64,000 nucleotides of DNA from the NCBI GenBank assembly GCA_944325515.1, contig CALVAO010000002.1, forward strand, positions 149,091 to 213,090, written 5' to 3'. Of this stretch, positions 30,257 to 40,619 are shown one piece after another. Under the pieces are notes generated by a model that was not told the DNA's origin, did no database searches, and saw nothing but the letters and a program-made list of their open reading frames with translations. The translations under genes were made by a program, and so were the position numbers. The stretch is from Candidatus Gastranaerophilales bacterium (GTDB lineage: Bacteria; Cyanobacteriota; Vampirovibrionia; Gastranaerophilales; Gastranaerophilaceae). Each line of letters begins with the position of its first letter. The stretch's first letter is position 1.

Positions 30257-30415
30257 GTCATCCTGAAAGATTAGAAAAACAAACGTAAGTGTAGTTTTTC
30301 AATCTGTTCAGAATCTTACCGAAATTCAAATATAATAGCTAATTGGTAAGATTCTGAACAGTGCGAAAAATTAACCGTTTTAAATAAATAAATTTTTCTG
30401 CACTTTCAGAATGAC
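30257..30415. repeat. nested inverted repeats upstream of lepA
   Basis: Inner perfect 17-bp arms ctgttcagaatcttacc (30304..30320) and ggtaagattctgaacag (30345..30361). Outer 12/13 arms gtcatcctgaaag (30257..30269) and ctttcagaatgac (30403..30415). Confidence 0.7.
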
Positions 30416-30601
30416 AGAATTTTTAAATTTTTTCGGGACATTTATGCGCACTGCGGAAGAGAATAGAATTTCAATACGAAAACGTAAGTTGAGTATCAGA
30501 AATTACTGGTGAGGGGGTAGCCACTTAGAAGAATATAAGGGGATAAAGTTTTCATATTTACATCTTTCTAGAATTTACTTTTCATGTATAATGAAATTAT
30601 T

Positions 30602-32404
30602 ATGAAACATAGAGATAATGTACGAAATTTTTGTATAATAGCACATATAGACCACGGCAAATCAACTCTTGCAGACAGACTTCTTGAGGCAACCGGAACT
30701 ATTGCTGAAAGAGATATGCAGAATCAGCTTCTCGACACAATGGATATTGAACGGGAACGCGGGATTACAATTAAATTGAATGCTGCAAGAATGAACTACA
30801 CCGCACAAAACGGCGAAAAATATATTTTTAACCTAATTGATACCCCCGGACACGTTGATTTCTCTTATGAGGTCTCGCGTTCACTTGCCGCCTGCGAGGG
30901 TGCACTGTTAATTGTTGATGCAACACAGGGCGTTGAAGCGCAGACTCTGGCAAATGTTTATATGGCAATAGAGCAAAATCTTGAGATTATTCCTGTTATA
31001 AACAAAATTGATCTTCCTTCTGCGGATGTAGAAAGAGTAAAAGCAGAGATTGAAGAAATACTTGGTATAGATACTTCAATGGCAATTCCGGTGAGTGCAA
31101 AAACCGGTATTGGTATTGATAAAGTTTTAGAGGCTATCGTAGAATTTGTACCGCCTCCGGCTGATACATCAGACAAACCATTGAGAGCGCTTGTTTTTGA
31201 CAGTGCATATGATCCGTATTTGGGTACTCTGTGCTTTTTCAAAATTATGGATGGAAAAATGAAGCTCGGCGACAAAGTTAAATTTATGGCGTCCGGCAAA
31301 GAGTATGAGATTGTTGAACTCGGATATCTTACACCTCACAGAGTACAGGTTAATGAATTGGTTTGCGGCGATGTTGGATATTTTGCAGGCTCAATAAAAG
31401 AGATAACAAGATTTGTCGGAGATACAGTAACGCACGTTGAGAATCCTGCAAGTGAACCGCTTCCAGGATATAAAGAAGCTCTGCCTATGGTATTTTCCGG
31501 CATGTATCCGGTTGATAACGAGGATTATCACGAACTGAAAGAAGCTCTTGAAAAACTTAAGCTTTCAGATAGTTCGATTACATTTGAGCCGGAAACTTCG
31601 AGTGCTCTGGGATTCGGATTCAGATGCGGATTTCTCGGTATGCTTCATATGGAAATTGCACAGGAAAGACTTGAGCGTGAATACGACTTGTCAATCGTAA
31701 CAACAGCGCCTTCTGTAGTTTACCGCGTACATAAAACAAACGGTGAAGTAGTAGAAATTGATAATCCTGCAAATCTTCCGGCAGCCCAATACAGAGATTA
31801 TATTGAAGAGCCTTATGTAAAAGTTTCAATTATTACTCCGAATGATTATGTTGGCACTTTGATGGACTTATGCCAGACAAAACGCGGTATTTTTATCAAT
31901 ATGAATTATCTGGATAAAGTAAGAGTAGATTTAATCTATCATTTACCACTAAGTGAAGTTATTACTGATTTTTATGACCAGCTAAAATCCCGCTCCAAGG
32001 GGTATGCAAGCCTTGATTACGAATTTGAGGATTACAAACGCTCCAAACTTATCAAGCTTGATATAATGCTTGCAGGCGAAGTTGTGGATGCGCTTTCGGT
32101 TATTTGTCATGAAGATAATGCTTATTACATAGGACAAAAACTGACTGAAAAATTAAAAACAATTATTCCGCGCCAGATGTTTGAAGTTCCTATACAGGCT
32201 GCAATTGGCGGAAGAGTTATTGCAAGAACCAATATTAAAGCTCTGAGAAAGAGTGTACTTGATAAATGCTACGGCGGTGATATTACACGTAAACGCAAAC
32301 TTCTTGAGAAACAAAAGAAAGGTAAAAAGCGCATGAAAGCGGTTGGAAGAGTAGAAGTTCCGCAAGAAGCATTTATGGCAGTATTAAGTCTGGATGAAGA
32401 ATAG
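30602..32404 (+). CDS. lepA: translation elongation factor 4
   Basis: N-terminal [30 protein letters not shown] and NKIDL GTPase motifs, plus a LepA-specific C-terminal region. The ATG at 30602 is preferred over the track start at 30584. Confidence 0.92.
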   Translation: MKHRDNVRNFCIIAHIDHGKSTLADRLLEATGTIAERDMQNQLLDTMDIERERGITIKLNAARMNYTAQNGEKYIFNLIDTPGHVDFSYEVSRSLAACEGALLIVDATQGVEAQTLANVYMAIEQNLEIIPVINKIDLPSADVERVKAEIEEILGIDTSMAIPVSAKTGIGIDKVLEAIVEFVPPPADTSDKPLRALVFDSAYDPYLGTLCFFKIMDGKMKLGDKVKFMASGKEYEIVELGYLTPHRVQVNELVCGDVGYFAGSIKEITRFVGDTVTHVENPASEPLPGYKEALPMVFSGMYPVDNEDYHELKEALEKLKLSDSSITFEPETSSALGFGFRCGFLGMLHMEIAQERLEREYDLSIVTTAPSVVYRVHKTNGEVVEIDNPANLPAAQYRDYIEEPYVKVSIITPNDYVGTLMDLCQTKRGIFINMNYLDKVRVDLIYHLPLSEVITDFYDQLKSRSKGYASLDYEFEDYKRSKLIKLDIMLAGEVVDALSVICHEDNAYYIGQKLTEKLKTIIPRQMFEVPIQAAIGGRVIARTNIKALRKSVLDKCYGGDITRKRKLLEKQKKGKKRMKAVGRVEVPQEAFMAVLSLDEE

Positions 32405-32444
32405 ATTGTTTTAATTATTCATAATATCCTCGCTTCTAAACTAA

Positions 32445-32473
32445 AATAGTATTAACAATAAGTTAATACTATT
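32445..32473. terminator. bidirectional terminator-like hairpin between convergent lepA and rseP
   Basis: aatagtattaac-aataa-gttaatactatt (12-bp stem), flanked by A-rich and T-rich runs. Confidence 0.45.
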
Positions 32474-32509
32474 AGTGAAATTTTATTGCTTTAACTTTAT
32501 ATGCCGGAA

Positions 32510-33871
32510 TTATTTTCCAACAAGAAGCGTTATATCATTAAACACTACAAATATCATTAGTAAAATCAGCAGTGAGAAAAATATGGATGATATCATTTCA
32601 ATAATTTTTTCATCAAGCGGTTTACCCATAATTTTCTCGATAAACATAAACATCAAATGACCGCCGTCCAGAGCCGGTATCGGTAAAATATTTAAAATTG
32701 CAAGGTTCATTGATATAAGCGCTGCCAGCAAAATACCGGAAGATTTTCCGCTCTTTTCAATCATATCTCCGCCGATTTTTGTAATAGCCACAACCCCGTG
32801 CATATCCTTAAGCGGAATATTACCCGTAAACAGCTGCCCTAGTGAATACATCATCATATATGTATTATCCCAGAGATATGTACAGCTTTCTTTAACTATA
32901 GACGGTACTGTATCAGTTTTAATCATAGTTTGTTTTGCCGCGAGTCCTATACCTATAATTCCATCTTTATTGGGATAAATAGGATTTAGGATTAAAATCT
33001 TTCCATCACGTTCTACTTGAAGATTTATAGGATGGCAGCCGTCAGAAAGAGCTTTTGCCACATCATACATCGAATATTTACCGTCAGAAGTATAGACAGT
33101 TTTGCCCTCAAGCTTTTCTTTTAGAGTATTTAAGGAAGCGTCTATCTTAATACCTTCTTTTTTATAATACTTGGCACCTTTCAATGCATATTTATCCATT
33201 GTAATTACATCTGACGTCAATTCCGCCGGAAGTCTTATTGCAATACCGCTTGGTATAATCTCATCTTTTGAAAGTCCGGGGTTTAAGTCTTTCAGTTTTA
33301 AAAAATTCTCGTCAATAGTTTTTGCACTTACAATCCCGTTTTCCTTAGCACTGTTTTTAATAATCGTAACCAGAGAGTATGCATTATTAATATCACATCC
33401 GTTTGCTTTCAAGATTCTATCCCCTTTTTGCAATCCGGATTTCCATATTGCAGCATCTTTTGGTGCATTGATTTCTCCCGCATAAATCTCATAATTTCCG
33501 GAAGGAAGCTGACCGGACACAACAGCAACAAGCATTACAAGCGCTATTGCACAGACAACATTAGCAATCACACCGGCAGAAACAACCACCGCTCTTTGCC
33601 ATATAGGTTTATTTGCAAACCGTTCCGGAGAGTCTTTCGGTAAATCACAGTCTTTTTCATCATCCGGAAAAGACACATAACCGCCGAGCAGCAACGCGTG
33701 AACCAGAACCTCAACATCGCCGACTTTTGTTTTATATAATGTAGGACCTACAGGAAGCCCGAAGCCAAACTTATCAACCTTTATCCCGAAAGCTCTTGCA
33801 GCAAGAAAATGCCCCGCTTCATGAACAAGAATAAGTAAGCTCAATAATAAAATCATTATGATAATTGACAT
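32510..33871 (-). CDS. rseP: RIP zinc metalloprotease (site-2 protease, M50 family)
   Basis: HEAGHFLAAR (HExxH) in the first TM helix, a central PDZ-like region and C-terminal NILPIPALDGGH. Confidence 0.88.
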   Translation of the reverse strand: MSIIIMILLLSLLILVHEAGHFLAARAFGIKVDKFGFGLPVGPTLYKTKVGDVEVLVHALLLGGYVSFPDDEKDCDLPKDSPERFANKPIWQRAVVVSAGVIANVVCAIALVMLVAVVSGQLPSGNYEIYAGEINAPKDAAIWKSGLQKGDRILKANGCDINNAYSLVTIIKNSAKENGIVSAKTIDENFLKLKDLNPGLSKDEIIPSGIAIRLPAELTSDVITMDKYALKGAKYYKKEGIKIDASLNTLKEKLEGKTVYTSDGKYSMYDVAKALSDGCHPINLQVERDGKILILNPIYPNKDGIIGIGLAAKQTMIKTDTVPSIVKESCTYLWDNTYMMMYSLGQLFTGNIPLKDMHGVVAITKIGGDMIEKSGKSSGILLAALISMNLAILNILPIPALDGGHLMFMFIEKIMGKPLDEKIIEMISSIFFSLLILLMIFVVFNDITLLVGK

Positions 33872-33961
33872 AAAATCTCCCCTATTTTTTCTAATTTTAT
33901 CATAAAAAATAATATTTAAGCTTATATTTTGTATATAATTTGTTTAAATAATATTAACAGC

Positions 33962-34798
33962 CTAAATAAGAAGTAATTCTGCAAGCTTTCCGAATTCATC
34001 AATAGAGAGTTTTTCTCCGCGTATGTCCGGAGCAAGGTTTAAATGTATAAGTGCATCTTCAATTTTAGCCCTGTCAAAACCGGCATTTACCAGACAATTT
34101 TTGAGAGTTTTTCTCCTTTGAGAAAATGCTGCTTTAATTACCCGCCTAAAAAATTTGTAATCCTTAAGCTTTAATAAAGGCTCTTGTCTGACTTTCATTG
34201 ACACAAGTGCGGAATTAACTTTTGGAGCCGGATAAAAAGATTTGCGTCCGACAAGTCTTATAATTTCACAATCAGCCCAGAACTGGGATAAAATAGTCAA
34301 AAGACCATACTGCTTAGCAGGACTTTTCGGTGTAGCAACAATTCTCCTTGCCACTTCCTCCTGCACCATTAAAATTATATCGGCAATCATGCTCCTGTTC
34401 TTATTTGTCAAATCATCTATCTCGCCCAGAAGATGCGCAATAATTGGAGAAGTTATGTAATAAGGGATATTAGCCACAACCTTAACTTTTTTATCAGCTA
34501 AAGACGATATTTCCGTCTTAAGAATATCATTATGTATGATTTCCAAATTATCGCATTCAAGCTTTTGCAGTTCTTTTATTGCCTCTTCATCAAGTTCTAC
34601 TGCAATAACTTTACCGGCATATTTTACAAGCTGTTCCGTAACGAAACCGACTCCCGGTCCGATTTCCAGCACAACATCATCTTTGGTTATACCTGCAAAA
34701 TCAACAATATCAGCTATAACATCCGGATTTATCAAAAAATTTTGTCCGAGTCTTTTTTTTGTTCTGAAAAATTTTGCGCGTTGTAAATAATCCACCAT
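33962..34798 (-). CDS. rsmA: 16S rRNA (adenine1518/1519-N6)-dimethyltransferase
   Basis: KKRLGQNFL motif, SAM-binding VLEIGPGVGFVT and NIPYYITSPI. The ATG at 34798 (MVDYLQ) is preferred; the track ORF starts at 34825. Confidence 0.88.
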   Translation of the reverse strand: MVDYLQRAKFFRTKKRLGQNFLINPDVIADIVDFAGITKDDVVLEIGPGVGFVTEQLVKYAGKVIAVELDEEAIKELQKLECDNLEIIHNDILKTEISSLADKKVKVVANIPYYITSPIIAHLLGEIDDLTNKNRSMIADIILMVQEEVARRIVATPKSPAKQYGLLTILSQFWADCEIIRLVGRKSFYPAPKVNSALVSMKVRQEPLLKLKDYKFFRRVIKAAFSQRRKTLKNCLVNAGFDRAKIEDALIHLNLAPDIRGEKLSIDEFGKLAELLLI

Positions 34799-34900
34799 GG
34801 TATTTATAATAATACAAATAGGCAAATGTTAAAACCTTAATTCTCATTTATATTTGTAATGTAATTATCATTTAATATATAATGGGGAAAGGAGAAAGTC

Positions 34901-36163
34901 GTGAACTATTGTGAAACAAAAACGGAAGAGCGTTTAGAATACAGCCAGCTTCTTGATGAATTTATTTTAGGATGCAAAACTTCCAGAAAAATTGGTATGG
35001 AATATGAAAGAATTCCGCTTGTTAAAGCTACCCGACAGGTTGCGCCGTACGGCGGAGAATACGGTGTATGCGAGCTTTTAAGAGAGGCTGCAAAAGTTGA
35101 TAACTGGGATTATATTCTTGATGACATTAATATAATCGGCTTAAAAAAACTGCACGACACTATTACTCTGGAACCCGGCTGCCAGATAGAATTGAGTCTG
35201 GAACCGCAAGAATTTATAAAGGATTTAAAGAAGCGCGTTGAAGAGATTGATGCTGTTTTAAATCCAATTATGGACAAATTCGGACTACAACTTATTAATA
35301 AAGGTGTTTCTCCTACTACCACATATAAAAATATCAAACTCCTTCCCAAGCGCAGATATGCGTTAATGGCAAATTATTTGTGGGGAATTTTGTCTGATGT
35401 AATGATGCGTGAAACTGCGGGAATTCAGATAGGTATTGATTTTGCTTCTGAGGAAGATGCAATGCGCAAATTCAGAATTGCAAATCTTATAATGCCGTTT
35501 GCAACAGCCATGTATGCAAATTCAAAATACCGCGGCGGCGTAGATACCGGATACAAATCTTTCAGAGCACTTGCATGGCTTAATACCGATAATGAAAGAT
35601 GCGGATTTGCAACAAAATTTCAAGACGGCATGTGTTTTAAAGATTATGTTAACATTCTTTTAAACACACCGATGATATTTATTAACAGACAGGGACATAC
35701 TGTTAACCTTAATGGACGACTTACATTCAAACAATTTATGGAAAAAGGATACGAGGGGTTTAAGGCAGATATTGAAGACTGGAATTTGCATGCAAATCTG
35801 TATTTTCCGGAAGTCAGATTGAGAAATTTTATAGAAATCCGAAATCACGACTGCGTAGGAAACGGTTTGGAATATTCGATTCCCGCATTTTATAAAGGCA
35901 TTATGTACACAGGTTCTGCAATGGATGAAGTCGAACATCTGCTTTGCAAATATTCGTTCAATGAAATTAATGAGCTTCGCTATAATGCTGCACGTTATGC
36001 GCTTTCGGCAAAAATAAGAAAAACTCCTATTTTAAGTATTTGCAAAGAACTTGCAGAAATTTCATATTATTCTCTTAAAACAAGATGCGAAGATGAAGAA
36101 GGATTCCTGCAGCCGCTTCTTGAGATGCTTAAAAAAGGAAAATGTCCTGCGGATTTTAGTTAA
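34901..36163 (+). CDS. gshA: glutamate-cysteine ligase, plant/cyanobacterial (GCS2) type
   Basis: IGMEYERIPL, TLEPGCQIELS, RRYALMANYL and MMRETAGIQIGIDF segments typical of group-3 GCL. GTG start. Confidence 0.8.
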   Translation: MNYCETKTEERLEYSQLLDEFILGCKTSRKIGMEYERIPLVKATRQVAPYGGEYGVCELLREAAKVDNWDYILDDINIIGLKKLHDTITLEPGCQIELSLEPQEFIKDLKKRVEEIDAVLNPIMDKFGLQLINKGVSPTTTYKNIKLLPKRRYALMANYLWGILSDVMMRETAGIQIGIDFASEEDAMRKFRIANLIMPFATAMYANSKYRGGVDTGYKSFRALAWLNTDNERCGFATKFQDGMCFKDYVNILLNTPMIFINRQGHTVNLNGRLTFKQFMEKGYEGFKADIEDWNLHANLYFPEVRLRNFIEIRNHDCVGNGLEYSIPAFYKGIMYTGSAMDEVEHLLCKYSFNEINELRYNAARYALSAKIRKTPILSICKELAEISYYSLKTRCEDEEGFLQPLLEMLKKGKCPADFS

Positions 36164-36271
36164 GAAAATAATAGCATTTCCATAGAAATCTGTAGTTTTA
36201 TTTTTCATCTGCATTTTAAACAATTAATTTTTGATAATTTAAAAGTTATGTTATAATTTGTTTATTAAGTT

Positions 36272-36379
36272 TTCTAGGGTTCCGCGGGCATAGTACCGGT
36301 CTGGACCGAGAGAAAACCCGTAGCAAATACGGACACGGAAGGATAAAAGCCTGGGAGATACTATTCTCCCGGGCTTTTT
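36272..36379 (+). promoter_or_regulatory. guanidine-I (ykkC) riboswitch with terminator expression platform
   Basis: ctagggttccg ... ggtctggaccgagag ... acggacacggaaggataaaagcctgggaga matches the ykkC core. It is followed by the hairpin gcctgggaga/tctcccgggc plus ttttt. An extended -10 (tgttataat) lies upstream and an SMR guanidinium exporter gene downstream. Confidence 0.85.
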
Positions 36380-36404
36380 ATATGATAAAGAAAGGATTAA
36401 AAAT

Positions 36405-36722
36405 ATGGAATGGATACATTTATTAATTGCAGGAATTTTTGAAATAAGCTGGGCAATAGGGCTGAAATTTTCTCACGGTTTTTCCCAGCTAATACCTTCA
36501 GTGATAACAGTTGTTTGCATGATACTAAGTTTTTATTTTCTTGCTCTTGCCCTAAAACACCTCCCTCTCGGTACTGCTTATGCTATCTGGACAGGAATCG
36601 GTACAATGGGAACTGTCATTTTGGGAATAATTCTTTTTAAAGAACCTCTTACTGCAATGAGGCTCGCATGTATCGGATTAATCTTATGCGGTATTACCGG
36701 ACTTAAATTATTATCAGCTTAA
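36405..36722 (+). CDS. sugE: SMR-family guanidinium exporter (Gdx/SugE)
   Basis: 105-aa four-TM SMR protein (MEWIHLLIAGIFEISWAIGLK) with the conserved Glu in TM1. It sits immediately behind a guanidine-I riboswitch. Confidence 0.88.
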   Translation: MEWIHLLIAGIFEISWAIGLKFSHGFSQLIPSVITVVCMILSFYFLALALKHLPLGTAYAIWTGIGTMGTVILGIILFKEPLTAMRLACIGLILCGITGLKLLSA

Positions 36723-37612
36723 TGTTTCTTTTCCGGCTGAAGATTTGCCAGAATAACAGCAATAATCATTACAATGCACCCGAGGATTTCCTTCGGAATC
36801 ATTGTTTCGCCAAGAATAAGTGTCCCGCCTATTACTGCAAAAACTGATTCAAGACATAAAATCAATGATGCAATTGCAGGCGGTGTATATTTTTGTCCAT
36901 ATATCTGTAAAGTATATGCAATACCGCAGGTAAGCACGCCCGCATAAAAAATTGATACACGGCAGGATATAATAGATGCAATTGTCGGATTTTCAAATAA
37001 AAACATCAAAAATGATGACAGTATTCCTAGAACAAAAAACTGCACACAGCAAACTTTTGCAGCATTAACCTTTTCCGCATAAAAATCAACCACCAGCATA
37101 TGTATGCCGTAAAATAATGCACCGCACAATAGGAACAAGTCATAAATATTAAAATTCCCGCCTGTTTTATAACACAAAAGATACAACCCTATAATTGCCA
37201 GAATAACACTTATAACAATACTTTTGTTTAGGCGTTCACCCTGCAGAACCGCAATCAATGGCACAAAAACAATGTACAAAGCCGAGATGAATCCCGCTTT
37301 ACCTGCAGAAACATACTGCATACAATACTGTTGAATACTCATTGCTATAAAAAGCGCAAGTCCGCATCCTATACCGGCTCTTGCAAGGTTGATATGCTGG
37401 TATCTTTTCATCCTTCTCGTTCTCTTATCCGGCTTGGAAAGTTTAACCCACGCAATTACCGGCAGTAAACTAAAACCGCCTAAAATACTTCTTACGGTAT
37501 TAAATGTAAAAGGTCCAACATGCTCCATCCCTTCCCTTTGAGCAACAAAAGAAAGTCCCCATATCATAGCTGTCAAGATTAATGCAATATTCGCTGATAT
37601 TTTATTTTTCAT
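36719..37612 (-). CDS. EamA/DMT-family transporter
   Basis: 297 aa with about 10 TM helices and a duplicated EamA-like layout. Confidence 0.7.
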   Translation of the reverse strand: MKNKISANIALILTAMIWGLSFVAQREGMEHVGPFTFNTVRSILGGFSLLPVIAWVKLSKPDKRTRRMKRYQHINLARAGIGCGLALFIAMSIQQYCMQYVSAGKAGFISALYIVFVPLIAVLQGERLNKSIVISVILAIIGLYLLCYKTGGNFNIYDLFLLCGALFYGIHMLVVDFYAEKVNAAKVCCVQFFVLGILSSFLMFLFENPTIASIISCRVSIFYAGVLTCGIAYTLQIYGQKYTPPAIASLILCLESVFAVIGGTLILGETMIPKEILGCIVMIIAVILANLQPEKKH

Positions 37613-37642
37613 AATAGTATTATATTATAAAAATTTTTCAGC

Positions 37643-37984
37643 TTAATATTGTTTTGTAATCCATAACAAATGATAACCGAATTGTGTTTTTACAGGGTCG
37701 GAAACTTCTCCCGGTGTACCATTAAAAGCAGCATCTTCAAACGGCTTTACCATCTGCCCTCTTTGAAAGCATCCGAGATCACCGCCATTTTTACCGGAAG
37801 GACATTTTGAATATAAGCCTGCATAGTATTTAAAATCATCAAAATTTTTAATCTGGCTTCTGAGCTTTATAGCTTCCATTTCTGTCGGAACAAGGATATG
37901 ATTTGCACAGACAGTGCTAAAGTCTTCTGATGCAAATACAGCGCTTCCCGCAAGAATTAATGCTGTTACAAATATTTTTTTCAT
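37643..37984 (-). CDS. secreted parvulin-type peptidyl-prolyl cis-trans isomerase
   Basis: Signal peptide, then HILV...A..L...I..F.D....YS.C.SG..GGDLG.F..GQMV..FE.AAF......S.PV.T.FGYH. Confidence 0.8.
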   Translation of the reverse strand: MKKIFVTALILAGSAVFASEDFSTVCANHILVPTEMEAIKLRSQIKNFDDFKYYAGLYSKCPSGKNGGDLGCFQRGQMVKPFEDAAFNGTPGEVSDPVKTQFGYHLLWITKQY

Positions 37985-38025
37985 TTTATCCCTCCTTATT
38001 TACCCTCTTCATTTACCCCGCTCAT

Positions 38026-38838
38026 TTACCCCTCCTTATTTTTCAAGGCAATTTTAGCACGGTTCCATAATTCGTTAAATTCATCATATGTATATTCTTC
38101 AAATGGTTTTGTTTTTATTTCTTCCATTTTTTTAAAACGTTTTGTAAATTTCTTGTTTGCTCTCAAAAGTGCCTGTTCAGCATCAATTTTATACCATCTG
38201 GCAAGATTAACCGTTGCAAAAAGAATATCCCCCATCTCATCTTCCATTTCTTCCGGTTTGTTATTCTTAACAGCTTCTTCAAACTCTTTGTATTCAGATT
38301 TAATGCATTCTTTCAAGCTGTCAGCGGAATCCCATTCAAATCCGACCTTGACAACCTTTTTGCTGATTTTTTGAGCGGACATCAATGCGGATTGAGATTT
38401 GGAAATCCCATCCAGAACAGATTTTCTATATGTTTTTTCTTCTTTTTTAAGTTTATCCCAGTTATCCAGAATTTCTTGAGTTGAGCTTGCTTTTTGGTTT
38501 CCGAAAACATGAGGATGTCTGTGAATAAGCTTCTTGCTCAATTCTTCCGCTACATCTTCAATATCAAATTCATTATTATCTTTCGCAATTTGAGCATGCA
38601 AAACAACCTGCAGGAGTACATCTCCAAGTTCTTCTCTCAAATTGGGAATATTATTGTCATCTATTGCGTCCACAGCTTCATATGCTTCTTCAAGCATATT
38701 AGGACGCAGTGATTTGTGAGTTTGTTCTCTGTCCCACTCGCAGCCATTTTCACTTCTTAAGATTGCAATTATATCAACCAATTTTTCCAGGTTAGGATAT
38801 TTCATAAAATGATTATACAATAAAAACACGTTGTCCAC
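38026..38838 (-). CDS. mazG: nucleoside triphosphate pyrophosphohydrolase
   Basis: LRSENGCEWDREQTHKSL..N.LEEAYE..DAI and a second EEMGD-containing half, giving a tandem MazG-domain layout. Confidence 0.85.
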   Translation of the reverse strand: MDNVFLLYNHFMKYPNLEKLVDIIAILRSENGCEWDREQTHKSLRPNMLEEAYEAVDAIDDNNIPNLREELGDVLLQVVLHAQIAKDNNEFDIEDVAEELSKKLIHRHPHVFGNQKASSTQEILDNWDKLKKEEKTYRKSVLDGISKSQSALMSAQKISKKVVKVGFEWDSADSLKECIKSEYKEFEEAVKNNKPEEMEDEMGDILFATVNLARWYKIDAEQALLRANKKFTKRFKKMEEIKTKPFEEYTYDEFNELWNRAKIALKNKEG

Positions 38839-39153
38839 TTTTTAGGGTACAATTCAATTTTATAATATCAGTATATAAAAAAACCTCACCCGAATTTCAA
38901 AGTTTCGCCTAAGCTCAACTTGAAATCCTGCCCTCGCCCCTTTTAGAAGCGGATTAAGTTTCAATAAACAAAATTTTTCCGGACAATTATGTACAATATA
39001 AATGAATAAAATTATTTTAAATTATTAAAAATGGTTTTACTTTTGTGTCAATTCTTTATTTTTATGTTAGGCTTTATGTATAAAGGTTTTATTTTTATTT
39101 CTGTATCGGAAAAAATGCGAAACATATCATAGCATATAGAAAGGTTCATTCAG

Positions 39154-39633
39154 ATGACAAATATTCAACCAGTAAGAAAACTGCCGGATGTCTTAATATA
39201 TCATCCGCCAAAAACAAATTCTTTCCGTATGTTTAGTACCAGAGATGGCAAGACACTTGGAATAATGAATGTTTTTCATATTACAGATGACGAATTATTT
39301 ATAAATCCGCTTATAATATGCCGTCAAAGACGCCAGGGGTATGGCACCAAATTCTTAAATTTTGCAAAACACCTAAGTGAAAAACTCGGCTGTGGAGGAA
39401 GGCTCGGTGTAAAAGCCACAACTCTGGAATTAGATCCGCATAATCCGCCTCATATTTTTTACCGCAAATTTGGATTTACATCAAAAGACAAAAAAATGAT
39501 TGGCATAATTGATAAACATATACGTAAAGGCAAACAGCTGGATTACAGAAGAACAGCCCCGCTTATGATGTACTATCCAGATGACAATGTCAAGCAATCT
39601 TTCTGGCAAAAAATAAAGAATAGGTTTTTTTAA
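39154..39633 (+). CDS. GNAT-like acetyltransferase-fold hypothetical protein
   Basis: RQRRQGYGTKFLNFA (Q/RxxGxG/A acetyl-CoA motif) and a C-terminal FYRKFGF segment. Confidence 0.45.
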   Translation: MTNIQPVRKLPDVLIYHPPKTNSFRMFSTRDGKTLGIMNVFHITDDELFINPLIICRQRRQGYGTKFLNFAKHLSEKLGCGGRLGVKATTLELDPHNPPHIFYRKFGFTSKDKKMIGIIDKHIRKGKQLDYRRTAPLMMYYPDDNVKQSFWQKIKNRFF

Positions 39634-39666
39634 CACAAATTATCAATTTTATGTTAATCTTTTAGT

Positions 39667-40533
39667 ATGAAGAAGTTGAGTTTTTTAATTTTAGCTTTAA
39701 TGCTTGTGCAGAATCTTGGTTTTGCGGAGCCAATGGTATTCAGTGATGACGGTAAATTTGGTTTAAAAGATGAGAAAGGCGTTGTTATTGTTAATGCCGA
39801 ATATAAAAAACTTATACGACTTGGTGAAACCGGCTGGCTTATTCAAGACGGTACAAAATTCGGTATAATGAATGATACCGGTCGAATTCTTGTCGAGCCG
39901 AAATATAATTCTGCTGAAAGGGTGCTCGGTAAATTTGCGAAACTGGGAAAAGGAGACAAATACGGACTTTTTGATGAAAAAGGGTTTGAAGTTCTGCCGG
40001 TTCAGTTTTCTTCTATAGACTTGTTGTTCGGCGGAATGTTTTTAACATGCAAAAATTATAAATACGGCGTTACAGATTCTAACGGGCAGCCTATACTGGA
40101 TAATGTTTTTGATGATATATACATGCCTAAACCAAACAAGATGATAATTGTATATAACGGACAAGAATTTGAGATAGAAAGCGCGGGGCAAGAATTAATA
40201 TTGCCTGTGGATATCCAGTCATTGCAGGGTGATTCTAATTTTACAATAACGGAATTAATTTCAAAACCCGGGGTTACAACAGGCTATTACAGCGTGACTG
40301 CTACAAACTATTTCTTGAAAATATTCTCATCTATTTCTCCTGCGTATGAAGAAACTATTGATGAGCTGATGTTTTCAAAAGGCGCGGATGCCGCTTCTGT
40401 TATTATGAAATTTAGCTGGCTTCCAAGATTTCCGTTTGTTTATGCAAAGAAATATTACCAGAATTTAGTTGCACCAAATAACGGACCGTTAAGCGGTGTT
40501 AAATCTAATTTGAAAAAAGAACTTATGGATTAG
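39667..40533 (+). CDS. WG-repeat (KWG-like) secreted protein
   Basis: Signal peptide followed by at least four repeats of the form G(K/Y)(F/Y)G(L/I/V).D..G..(I/L/V).(P/N)..(Y/F). Confidence 0.7.
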   Translation: MKKLSFLILALMLVQNLGFAEPMVFSDDGKFGLKDEKGVVIVNAEYKKLIRLGETGWLIQDGTKFGIMNDTGRILVEPKYNSAERVLGKFAKLGKGDKYGLFDEKGFEVLPVQFSSIDLLFGGMFLTCKNYKYGVTDSNGQPILDNVFDDIYMPKPNKMIIVYNGQEFEIESAGQELILPVDIQSLQGDSNFTITELISKPGVTTGYYSVTATNYFLKIFSSISPAYEETIDELMFSKGADAASVIMKFSWLPRFPFVYAKKYYQNLVAPNNGPLSGVKSNLKKELMD

Positions 40534-40619
40534 ACATAAAAATCATAAGAATAATCTTTTAGAATATCCTTTATTATATTATATTATTTTCTTTCCCGCT
40601 TACTCCGGCGATTCGTTTG

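Noticed and set aside
22957-30583. Intact prophage or integrative element at the tmRNA gene
   Set aside because: There is no integrase or recombinase ORF, no phage structural genes, and no direct repeat of the ssrA 3' end anywhere in the window. Only an accessory-like gene set remains.
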